Below, piece by piece: positions 1 through 6,715 of a DNA stretch of 35,983 bases (the first letter of the stretch is position 1; each line of letters opens with the position of its first letter). The translations under genes were made by a program, and so were the position numbers. The notes beneath the pieces were generated by a model that had not been told where the DNA came from, made no database searches, and saw only the letters and a list, made by a program, of their open reading frames with translations. Source of the stretch: a virus; IMG/VR virus record IMGVR_UViG_3300045988_044847, positions 1 to 35,983 of that record, one strand, 5' to 3'.

Positions 1-55
1 CTTCCACCGGTGCAACTACTTCTTCCACCGGTGCAACTACTTCTTCCACCGGTGC
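1..55. repeat. Terminal overlap, identical to 35929..35983; consists of 2.6 copies of a 21-nt tandem unit cttccaccggtgcaactactt
   Basis: Direct comparison of the first and last 55 nt shows an exact match. Confidence 0.95.
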
Positions 56-343
56 CGGCTTTACGGCACGCTTAGCCCGTGTCTTAGCGCGTTCCTCCTC
101 CACGTGTTCGGCTACGGTCTTAACTGGCGCGGATTCTTCGCGCACTTTGGTTGCTTCTACAACTGCGTCCGCCAACTTGTCAAGGTCGGTTTTTGCGTTC
201 GCGGTTGTTTCGTCATCAGGTCCGTAAACTTTGGCTTCCGTTACTTCCGGCACGGCTTCTCCTGCCAGCTCGCGCAAATAGTTAGAGGTTGCTAACAGGC
301 TTTCTCTACTCTCGTTTCCAATTAATTCAATTACTACTTTCAT
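1..343 (-). CDS. Junction-spanning early protein, 5' part (aa 1-114 of a 189-aa product); acidic, with an EEVVAPV tandem repeat
   Basis: ATG at 343-341 forms an ATGA overlap with the stop of the 340..519 gene. My translation is MKVVIELIGNESRESLLATSNYLRELAGE...KPAPVEEVVAPVEEVVAPVE, open to window position 1. 343-1=342 and 35977-35929=48 are both multiples of 3, so it is in phase with ORF 35702..35977. Confidence 0.75.
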   Translation of the reverse strand, partial: MKVVIELIGNESRESLLATSNYLRELAGEAVPEVTEAKVYGPDDETTANAKTDLDKLADAVVEATKVREESAPVKTVAEHVEEERAKTRAKRAVKPAPVEEVVAPVEEVVAPVE

Positions 344-519
344 TTTTTCTTAAAATTAAAAATTGTTTCTAATAGCTCATTTTTGTTCACTCTGATTTTT
401 CCTACGCCGTTCTCGTAACGGGTGAGCTTTCCCGCATTGAGTTGATAGCGTATCGCGTTTTCCGTAACCTCGGCGATCCGGGCGGCTTCCGCCACTGTGA
501 TAAGTTCTACTTTTTCCAT
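340..519 (-). CDS. Small helix-turn-helix DNA-binding protein (Xis/AlpA/MerR-like HTH), 59 aa
   Basis: Below the ORF-track size cutoff. My translation is MEKVELITVAEAARIAEVTENAIRYQLNAGKLTRYENGVGKIRVNKNELLETIFNFKKK. The pattern ITVAEAARI-x-VTENAIRY-x4-GKL followed by a beta-wing is typical of this HTH class. It is translationally coupled (ATGA) to the next gene. Confidence 0.6.
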   Translation of the reverse strand: MEKVELITVAEAARIAEVTENAIRYQLNAGKLTRYENGVGKIRVNKNELLETIFNFKKK

Positions 520-836
520 TTCATCTTTTCGTTAAATTTAAAATTCAATTTGTCAGACGTTCGATAAGTTTGTACGTGATCAGAATAAGCGGCGCGCCGG
601 GCTTGTTCGAAAATGCTTTCGTACCGTTTGGCGTGTGGAATAATAAAGCCTCGGATTTTATACTTAAACTTTTTTCCGGCTTCTTCTTCTCGTTGCAAAT
701 CATTGAACACCATTTTCGAGTTGCCCGGATAGCCGTATAACATTGTAACCTCGCCTATCGTTTTGCACGCTTTAATCTTCTCCCGTATCATTTTGTAAAA
801 GAACGCTTCTAATCTATAAATGTTTATCTCTGCCAT
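507..836 (-). CDS. Hypothetical early protein, 109 aa
   Basis: ATG-initiated ORF, first sizeable gene after promoter P1; overlaps the next gene by 13 nt. Confidence 0.6.
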   Translation of the reverse strand: MAEINIYRLEAFFYKMIREKIKACKTIGEVTMLYGYPGNSKMVFNDLQREEEAGKKFKYKIRGFIIPHAKRYESIFEQARRAAYSDHVQTYRTSDKLNFKFNEKMKWKK

Positions 837-898
837 ATCTAGTAATATTTAATCCGGTTCTCCGTCTAGGAATAGGATAATAAGTTTATTAGGGCTTT

Positions 899-1033
899 TC
901 AGTTATTTATCGTCGGAGATTCGGGCTTTATAGCTTCAATTAAGCGGAAACCGCACCTTCTTTTCAAATGAACTGGGATACCATCCGTGTTTCCCGTCTC
1001 GCGTCCTTTGGTTACGATTGGCGACGCTCTCAT
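899..1033 (-). CDS. Possible 44-aa leader ORF (MRASPIVTKGRETGNTDGIPVHLKRRCGFRLIEAIKPESPTINN)
   Basis: ATG lies 16 nt downstream of the -7 element of promoter P1. There is no other support, so this may be untranslated leader. Confidence 0.25.
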   Translation of the reverse strand: MRASPIVTKGRETGNTDGIPVHLKRRCGFRLIEAIKPESPTINN

Positions 1034-1049
1034 TTCTCTTTCGATGTTA

Positions 1050-1079
1050 CAAAGGTAATGCTTTATTTTGGACTACAAA
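1050..1079 (-). promoter_or_regulatory. Early promoter P1: TTTG-N18-TACCTTTG (minus strand)
   Basis: Minus strand reads AGTTTTGTAGTCCAAAATAAAGCATTACCTTTGTAAC. It matches the Bacteroidota -33 TTTG / -7 TAnnTTTG consensus. The core AAAATAAAGYAWTAYCTTTG is shared with P2 and P5. Confidence 0.65.
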
Positions 1080-1361
1080 ACTATTTCCCAAAAAACCTTA
1101 GTAATTTAACTCTGATTAACTGTTTTGAAGGTTTGATAACGGTGTAAACGACAAATAGCCCTTTTTTAAGTGGATCTTTACGCCCTTAACTAATTGCGTA
1201 TCAGCTAGTTAGGCGGCAAAAACGGGTGGAATGTATAAGATATATGATAGTTTTCTATAAAGTTTAAAATCAAATATTTCTATAAATTCATTCACATATT
1301 AATTCATATATTTACGTATTTTATAGGTTATACTACTTTTTCATTCTAATCTCTATATAAC

Positions 1362-1464
1362 ATCTTTACATCTTTTACATTAGATATATATTGATAGATA
1401 AAGTACTAGCCATTAGTGAGTTAAGTGCAAAAGATACAAATTTTAATCATTCACAAGCAAAAAC
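1362..1464. repeat. Conserved intergenic element, copy A (partner 21637..21738); core 1420..1455 GTTAAGTGCAAAAGATACAAATTTTAATCATTCACA
   Basis: Ungapped alignment with copy B at a constant offset of 20,275 nt. The core matches at 31 of 36 positions, including an exact 17-nt run AAAGATACAAATTTTAA. GTGCAAAAGAT recurs at 1501..1511. Confidence 0.8.
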
Positions 1465-1540
1465 GCCAACTCGTTAAGAATCAGCGTTTTAAGTTTTTTA
1501 GTGCAAAAGATGGAAGGGCATTTATAAAAGATGAAAAGCA

Positions 1541-2119
1541 TTATTTGCCGAAATCGGCTGAAAAATTCACGTGAATCTTCGATTTTGGGTTTTTATTCGA
1601 AACTGTGATTTTTTGGATCGGTTTCCCAATTTTGAAGAAAAGAAACTTTTTTTGCCTTACCGATCCGATCACGTCCAGCGTATCAACGCTATTAAAATCT
1701 ATTTTAGTCGTATCCGGTCCGGCGGCTATTTCTATATTGTTCCAACCGTCGTTGTACTTTGCGGTTCTGATGTCCCCGACGTGTACCGTCTTAATAACCG
1801 TGTCGATCTTCGTTACCACCTCGGTACGGGTCGAGTTCTTTAGTTCCCTAATCTTTATCCCTGCCTCGCGTACCTTATTATATAGATCAGCATTGTATAA
1901 TTCCAGCTCGCTCTTCTCCAATTTCAGTTGCCTAGCCTCTTCCGCATAATCGCCCGCCGTAGTCTTGAATGCTACGGCTTTGGAATTAAGCGCGGTAAGG
2001 TTGTTTTCCTGCCTCTCTAGCTCTATTCTCTGCTTCTGTACTGTCTTGTATGATGCATACAATAAAATGGCTAGAAGGACAAGCAAACACAATAATATCT
2101 TATCCAATGTTATCTTCAT
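1541..2119 (-). CDS. Lysis-cassette membrane protein: N-terminal TM anchor plus coiled coil (spanin-like lysis accessory)
   Basis: N-terminus KILLCLLVLLAILLYASY is followed by a coiled-coil-like segment (QKQRIELERQENNLTALN...). It is the last gene of the late operon and is ATGA-coupled to the endolysin. Confidence 0.5.
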   Translation of the reverse strand: MKITLDKILLCLLVLLAILLYASYKTVQKQRIELERQENNLTALNSKAVAFKTTAGDYAEEARQLKLEKSELELYNADLYNKVREAGIKIRELKNSTRTEVVTKIDTVIKTVHVGDIRTAKYNDGWNNIEIAAGPDTTKIDFNSVDTLDVIGSVRQKKFLFFKIGKPIQKITVSNKNPKSKIHVNFSADFGK

Positions 2120-2514
2120 AAGTGTAAGATTTGACGTTTAACGTTGTTCTTATCATATGAGATGTGCACCCAGGAGAAATTCCTTTCGTCGATAAGCTGG
2201 CAAAACGGCAAATTCAGTTTTTGCACCATCTCGAAGAGTTTCTTATTCTCCTGTTTGCTTCCCGCTGTAATGTCCGCCGCCTGCCCCTTCATGTGCTGCG
2301 ACGTCTTAGAGCCTTTCACCGCCGCGTTGAGGGAGGGCGATCTGTACCCGCTTGTAACGACGATTGGTTTGCCGTAGGCGTTCCGTAACGGGTCTAGTAC
2401 ATTATTGATTAACTGTTTCAGATTCTCCAACACTTCCGGCGTCGGGTCGTTGTTGATCTTCTTCGCCTTCGCCGTTGTTGATGCGGTCAGTTCTTGAATT
2501 GTGAAGTTTACCAT
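2116..2514 (-). CDS. Endolysin, zinc peptidase M15 family (D-Ala-D-Ala carboxypeptidase / L-Ala-D-Glu peptidase-like)
   Basis: Motifs SGYRSPSLN, SQHMKGQAADI (H-x6-D) and WVHISY (second His) match the M15 metal-ligand pattern. It sits next to the holin-like gene. Confidence 0.85.
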   Translation of the reverse strand: MVNFTIQELTASTTAKAKKINNDPTPEVLENLKQLINNVLDPLRNAYGKPIVVTSGYRSPSLNAAVKGSKTSQHMKGQAADITAGSKQENKKLFEMVQKLNLPFCQLIDERNFSWVHISYDKNNVKRQILHL

Positions 2515-2947
2515 TTTTCAAGTGTTTTGTGAAGTCTAAATACTTCGTATTAATAATTATATCCAGTACTGCGATAAACTCATTATCCGGTTGGATCTGC
2601 TTAAAATTACGGATAATGTTCTTCGAATACACAAGCGCGAAAAGCGTTGTAAGTAACCGCAACAGGTCCGTATAATTCCCGTTCGGTTCAATAAGACGCG
2701 CGCCTGCCGCCGTGAATAATATAACTATGGTGGCTATCGCGTACTCAAAAAACGCGTGAAACGCTTTTTTGTGGCTGTATTTTTCGCCCGCCCTTAAACC
2801 TGCAATAAGCCCTACTATAAAATTCAATGTGCCGAATAATACTATCAGGACAAAAAACGTCATTACATCATTGGTAACTGTTAGTAGGAACGCGATCGAA
2901 GCTACGCGTGCTGTATCAAATACTCCATCCATTACTTTATCAAACAT
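2402..2947 (-). CDS. Holin-like protein, about 4 TM segments with a charged C-terminal tail
   Basis: Hydrophobic segments are VASIAFLLTV, FFVLIVLFGTLNFIVGLIAGL, AIATIVILFTAAG and LLRLLTTLFALV. The tail is charged (EGEEDQQRPD). It lies immediately upstream of the endolysin and overlaps it. Confidence 0.6.
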   Translation of the reverse strand: MFDKVMDGVFDTARVASIAFLLTVTNDVMTFFVLIVLFGTLNFIVGLIAGLRAGEKYSHKKAFHAFFEYAIATIVILFTAAGARLIEPNGNYTDLLRLLTTLFALVYSKNIIRNFKQIQPDNEFIAVLDIIINTKYLDFTKHLKNGKLHNSRTDRINNGEGEEDQQRPDAGSVGESETVNQ

Positions 2948-3369
2948 ATCCTAGATTGTACCCTGTGTGAACATTCCTCTTTAATCAGTCCGGCGGTCTT
3001 AAACGCCTTGATTAACGGGACTATAAATAAATCAGCTTTGCCGCGCTCCGCCTCAAAACGTTTTGCTTTGGTATTGTCGGCTAGTACGTAGCTCCCATTA
3101 TAGTTTTGTATTTTCAGCCCGCCCGCCGTGCTCTGCTGCTCGCTTGTCTGCAAGTAGCGCGCGAAGGCATAGTAGCACAATACTTTTTTTGCTCCTGTAA
3201 GTGTAGGCGTGTCCTCGAGGTACTCGGCGGGAATCTCCTCGAATACCCGCTGTAACTGTGGGGACATATCCAGCATGTCAGCCTCGTAGAATGCCTTTTG
3301 CAGGTCATCGTCTTTAACGTCCTTGGCGATCGAAAAGAGATCGCGTAATTGTTGAATAGGATATGCCAT
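2932..3369 (-). CDS. Candidate head-tail adaptor/connector protein, 145 aa
   Basis: It follows the portal directly. The N-terminal L-x-DVKDDDLQKAFYEADM pattern resembles gp6-like connectors. The call rests on position and this weak motif only. Confidence 0.4.
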   Translation of the reverse strand: MAYPIQQLRDLFSIAKDVKDDDLQKAFYEADMLDMSPQLQRVFEEIPAEYLEDTPTLTGAKKVLCYYAFARYLQTSEQQSTAGGLKIQNYNGSYVLADNTKAKRFEAERGKADLFIVPLIKAFKTAGLIKEECSHRVQSRICLIK

Positions 3370-3370
3370 T

Positions 3371-4531
3371 TTAATCTGTTTTTACTTGATCGGCGGGTGT
3401 AGCCGGAACGGCTAACGCGCCACCTTCCAAATCATTTTTAATCTTAGTTATTTCCGGGTCTAAATCGAATATATACGCCAGGTCACGGGAAACCTTATCA
3501 CGGACACGGGACAATGATCGGCGGTAAACGCGCTGCATTTCCTTAACCACCTCACCCGACGCGTTCGAGAAGCTGATAAGCGAAGAATCAATAAGCGGGA
3601 TCGGAATAGTAAAACAGGAAATGGCAATGTCTTTCCGCAACGGTTCGCAATACGACTTATACAGATCGGAATCAATAGGCGTTCCCACCTGGTCTATACG
3701 GATAAACGGTTTTTCGGATATTCCTACGTTCTCGTCCCGTACGGTAAGCACCGCGCCAGTTCCTTCTACGCCCATCATTTCTTGAACGGCTTCGCGGAAC
3801 TCGTTTTGCTCCTCGTCGCTTTGGAATTGCCCGTGAGATAAGACGCTGCAAGCGTGGAAACCACGTGCTAGAACGTTCTCGACGTACAGGGCGTTTCCGT
3901 GTTCCGCCCCCATTTCGGGCTGTACCGCGTGAAACGGGCTGATCGGATAAGGGCGGCGGTTTGAGAAGTTAGCGTAATACAATTGTCCCGGATGGTTTTC
4001 AATACCTCCGTACTCCTCGCATTCTTTCCAAAAATTCTTTGGATCGAAATTGGGGTATACCACACCCGTCTTGCTGTTAGTGTCCTTAAGGTTCTCGCGA
4101 TCCCAGTTATCAAACACGCGCCATTTGCGCACGATAGAATCTCGCTTGTAGTCATCATTTAGAACGGCGCGAATGTAGCCAAATGGCACGGGATAACAGT
4201 ACAAAGGGCGACCATCGCCGCCGTATTGTACTATTAATCCGTAACCTCTGTATCTTGGTATCTCGTCCGCCACGAACTCTAAAACGTCGTTCATGTCCTG
4301 TCCGTGCTCGTTCGTCTTAGCTGCAAACTCTTCGTTAACGAATCCCTCACAAATGATGTTTTCTTTCGCCTTGTCGCAACACGCCGTAGCCGTTTTGCTA
4401 GCGTCTATAAGGTTTGCGATCCGTTGAGGGTACAAATTATCTATGTCGTAACTAACTATGCCCTCGCTAGCGCGGGGCGTTAAATTCAACGCCTTCCGCA
4501 CTAACAATTCTATTCTCTTTGCTGCTATCAT
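3371..4531 (-). CDS. Portal protein (small, HK97-like class), 386 aa
   Basis: The C-terminal half (GTGAVLTV...KPFIRIDQVGTPIDSDLYKSY...RKDIAISCFTIPIPLIDSS...FSNASGEVVKEMQRVY...LSRVRDKV) matches the stem/clip pattern of portals. Size and neighbourhood fit. Confidence 0.65.
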   Translation of the reverse strand: MIAAKRIELLVRKALNLTPRASEGIVSYDIDNLYPQRIANLIDASKTATACCDKAKENIICEGFVNEEFAAKTNEHGQDMNDVLEFVADEIPRYRGYGLIVQYGGDGRPLYCYPVPFGYIRAVLNDDYKRDSIVRKWRVFDNWDRENLKDTNSKTGVVYPNFDPKNFWKECEEYGGIENHPGQLYYANFSNRRPYPISPFHAVQPEMGAEHGNALYVENVLARGFHACSVLSHGQFQSDEEQNEFREAVQEMMGVEGTGAVLTVRDENVGISEKPFIRIDQVGTPIDSDLYKSYCEPLRKDIAISCFTIPIPLIDSSLISFSNASGEVVKEMQRVYRRSLSRVRDKVSRDLAYIFDLDPEITKIKNDLEGGALAVPATPADQVKTD

Positions 4532-4546
4532 ACCAATTTAGTTTTA

Positions 4547-5056
4547 TTATTCTTCGAACTCCTTCAGACCTTCTGCGGCTGCCTTATTTGCGGCGCGTGT
4601 GGCTGCTGCCTTCTTCGCTGCCTCGCTGCGTTTTGCCGCTGCGATCTCCTCCTCTGTCAGTTCCTCCTCTGCCGCCAGGGCTACCGCTTCCGGTTCAGCT
4701 TCCGGCTGTTCAACAGGTTCTTCCGGTTCTACTACTTCGCCCTCGTCTACTTCGGGGATCGTCACGGCTTCCGACTGCAAGTCTATGAAATAGTCCTTGT
4801 AATCTTCGCTTGCTTCCATCAGCTCAATAGCTTTCTCATCGGACGTATTGAAAGCGCGGTACACTCTTCCGTCTTCGATCGAGTTGATGAATAGTCCCGG
4901 CTTCATCACGTAACGCGTGTGCTTTCCAGTCGCGTACTGTTCATCGTACCAGCGTTGCGCAAATAACCTGTCAGCCCCGCATGCGATATTCAGTTTCAAA
5001 TGTGTCATCAATTCGCAGAGCGAAACGATTTGCCCTATATCTGTAATTTTTTCCAT
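4547..5056 (-). CDS. Structural-module protein with a globular N-domain and a highly acidic low-complexity C-tail (chaperone- or scaffold-like), 169 aa
   Basis: C-terminus reads EVDEGEVVEPEEPVEQPEAEPEAVALAAEEELTEEE. Function is unknown. Confidence 0.55.
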   Translation of the reverse strand: MEKITDIGQIVSLCELMTHLKLNIACGADRLFAQRWYDEQYATGKHTRYVMKPGLFINSIEDGRVYRAFNTSDEKAIELMEASEDYKDYFIDLQSEAVTIPEVDEGEVVEPEEPVEQPEAEPEAVALAAEEELTEEEIAAAKRSEAAKKAAATRAANKAAAEGLKEFEE

Positions 5057-5078
5057 CTTTTAATAAATTAAACTGTTT

Positions 5079-5621
5079 TTAAACTTTAGGTATCTTTAGA
5101 CCGTCATAAGCGGCTTTAGTGAGGGTTACAAGTTTGTCACCCGTCGCGCCCTCCGGCGTTTTAAGCGTCACGGTTGATACTCCGCCAGTGCTTGAATCGG
5201 TTGCAAGGTCTGATGCCTCTAAACCGCAAAACGCGCCCGCCAGGAGATACTCGCCTGATTTTGTTTTAGCGGCTATTCTGTAATTTCCGCCCACCAACTG
5301 GCTAACTACTTCGCGGTAACCTGCCAAACCGCCCGGAGACCTTAAAACCTTGATAATAACGCTTTGATCCTCTCCCGGCGGTACAATGTCGTTAACCTTG
5401 ATCGCGTCCTGATACATGATGGAATTATTAACGGAGTTTATTACATACCCCTTCTTCCCTGTCTGCATCGTGATTGTTCCTATGCTTCCAGTCTCCGAAA
5501 CTGTGGCGATATCGGACGAATTTATGATAATCGCCTCATCTATTTCACCAGTTCCACCGACCGCCCCTAAATTAGCGCAATCGAAAAGTACATCAGACCC
5601 TATTTTTTTAATACATGCCAT
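5079..5621 (-). CDS. Structural paralog C (180 aa) of a tandem triplet; function unknown (tail-tube-like or head-accessory candidate)
   Basis: Begins MACIKKIG..DC. It shares CGLE-x-SD...GG-x-(T/S)T(I/V)TLKTPE with paralogs A and B. Confidence 0.7.
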   Translation of the reverse strand: MACIKKIGSDVLFDCANLGAVGGTGEIDEAIIINSSDIATVSETGSIGTITMQTGKKGYVINSVNNSIMYQDAIKVNDIVPPGEDQSVIIKVLRSPGGLAGYREVVSQLVGGNYRIAAKTKSGEYLLAGAFCGLEASDLATDSSTGGVSTVTLKTPEGATGDKLVTLTKAAYDGLKIPKV

Positions 5622-5634
5622 AATTTCACCTCCT

Positions 5635-6165
5635 TTATTCCGTTACAATCGCCGCGTTTCTCAATGTCGTATACGAAGCATCCGCGAAACTTACACGCAT
5701 TTCACCAATCACATTTTCCGGTGTGGATAGCGTAATGGTCGTGAAGCCGCCGTTCGCGTTCATATCCTCGGTAAATGCCGACATAGTCAGACCGTAGTTA
5801 AGACCGTAAACGCGTGTGCGTCCTGCCTTACTTTTGGCAATAGCTAAAAACGTACCGTTTAAAATCTGATTAACTATCAACGTACCGTTCGGGTTTCCCT
5901 GATACAGTGTAAACGTAACCGCCTGCGTCAATGCTGTCGGCGCGTTGTCGTTCTGTTTCAGTTCTTCCGTAGCGTTCACACCCTTCTTGTTACTCTCAAC
6001 TAACACAGCCTTTGCACCGCCTGCTAGTGTAATAGTGGCTACCCCTTCCACTACGCCCTTTGTCGCTATATCTGCAAAATTGATAAGAAGCATCTCGGCT
6101 ACGCCTGTCGCCCCTCCGTCGCAATCAACTAAGATCGCCTTATTTAATTTAGATAAGCATCCCAT
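5635..6165 (-). CDS. Structural paralog B (176 aa); start trimmed to MGCLSKLNKAI
   Basis: The track ORF 5635..6321 overlaps paralog A by 155 nt. The internal ATG at 6165 lies 1 nt after paralog A's stop and restores the conserved M-x-C N-terminus. Confidence 0.7.
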   Translation of the reverse strand: MGCLSKLNKAILVDCDGGATGVAEMLLINFADIATKGVVEGVATITLAGGAKAVLVESNKKGVNATEELKQNDNAPTALTQAVTFTLYQGNPNGTLIVNQILNGTFLAIAKSKAGRTRVYGLNYGLTMSAFTEDMNANGGFTTITLSTPENVIGEMRVSFADASYTTLRNAAIVTE

Positions 6166-6166
6166 A

Positions 6167-6703
6167 TTATACAAGTTTTGCGGCTGTGATTGTCTTCCAC
6201 GCTGCCGAAGCGATTGATATCCTATTTTCTCCTCTAGCATCGTCCGGCGTTTTAATCGTGATCGTTGTAAAACCGCCTGCCGCATTAGAATCCATATCAG
6301 CTTGTGAAATTTCAAGCCCACATTTTAAACCCGCCATAATCGGCGCGGTATTTATGTCATTCAACTTGATAGCCGCCATGAAACGCCCTGATAACAAAGC
6401 CGACACAGTTGTATTAATTACAAAGCCATCTTTGTTATATATAGTGAACATAACGGACTGATCCAAACCTGCCGAAACGTCTGATAACTTCAAAGCTTCC
6501 GTCAATTTCGCACCATTCTTATAACATTCAACCGGGACTGTCTTCGCCCCTGATTTTAGCGTTATAGCCGTTATGGAGTTGTTGCCATCAACGGTTGCGG
6601 AGGTTACGTCGTCAAAGTTAATAAGATACATTTCAGCGATACCTACGCTACCGGGTTGGCAGTCGTAGGTAATTGCTTTATTTAATGTCTTTATGCAAGC
6701 CAT
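6167..6703 (-). CDS. Structural paralog A (178 aa)
   Basis: MACIKTLNKAITYDC..., clearly alignable along its whole length with paralog B; lies directly after the major capsid gene. Confidence 0.7.
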   Translation of the reverse strand: MACIKTLNKAITYDCQPGSVGIAEMYLINFDDVTSATVDGNNSITAITLKSGAKTVPVECYKNGAKLTEALKLSDVSAGLDQSVMFTIYNKDGFVINTTVSALLSGRFMAAIKLNDINTAPIMAGLKCGLEISQADMDSNAAGGFTTITIKTPDDARGENRISIASAAWKTITAAKLV

Positions 6704-6715
6704 TTATTTTTGTTT

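Noticed and set aside
1-55. Physical direct terminal repeats (T7-like DTR) as the explanation for the identical ends.
   Set aside because: A 55-nt overlap equals a common assembler k-mer and lies inside a coding tandem repeat that reads through in frame. The terminase is of a type I would expect to package by a headful mechanism. An assembly overlap on a circular or permuted genome is more parsimonious, but this needs read-level confirmation.
104-295. Plus-strand ORFs in the track (for example 104..295, 4519..4788, 9889..10152, 15271..15660, 24751..25245, 27944..28444).
   Set aside because: Each lies entirely inside a longer minus-strand gene with recognisable motifs or tight operon packing. 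Their products are low-complexity Ser/Ala/Cys/Arg-rich strings typical of shadow frames. None has a promoter-like motif on the plus strand.
340-519. Lysogeny module: the small HTH protein interpreted as an excisionase.
   Set aside because: I could not recognise any integrase, recombinase, CI/Cro-like repressor pair, partition genes or attachment-site-like repeats. The HTH is therefore called only as a DNA-binding early protein, and the phage is probably virulent.
837-1540. tRNA or other structured RNA genes in the two large non-coding regions (837..1540 and 21379..21980).
   Set aside because: I could find no cloverleaf-compatible stems or T-loop consensus (GTTCRANYC) by eye. The regions are dominated by AT-rich direct repeats. 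A covariance-model scan would be needed to exclude them formally.
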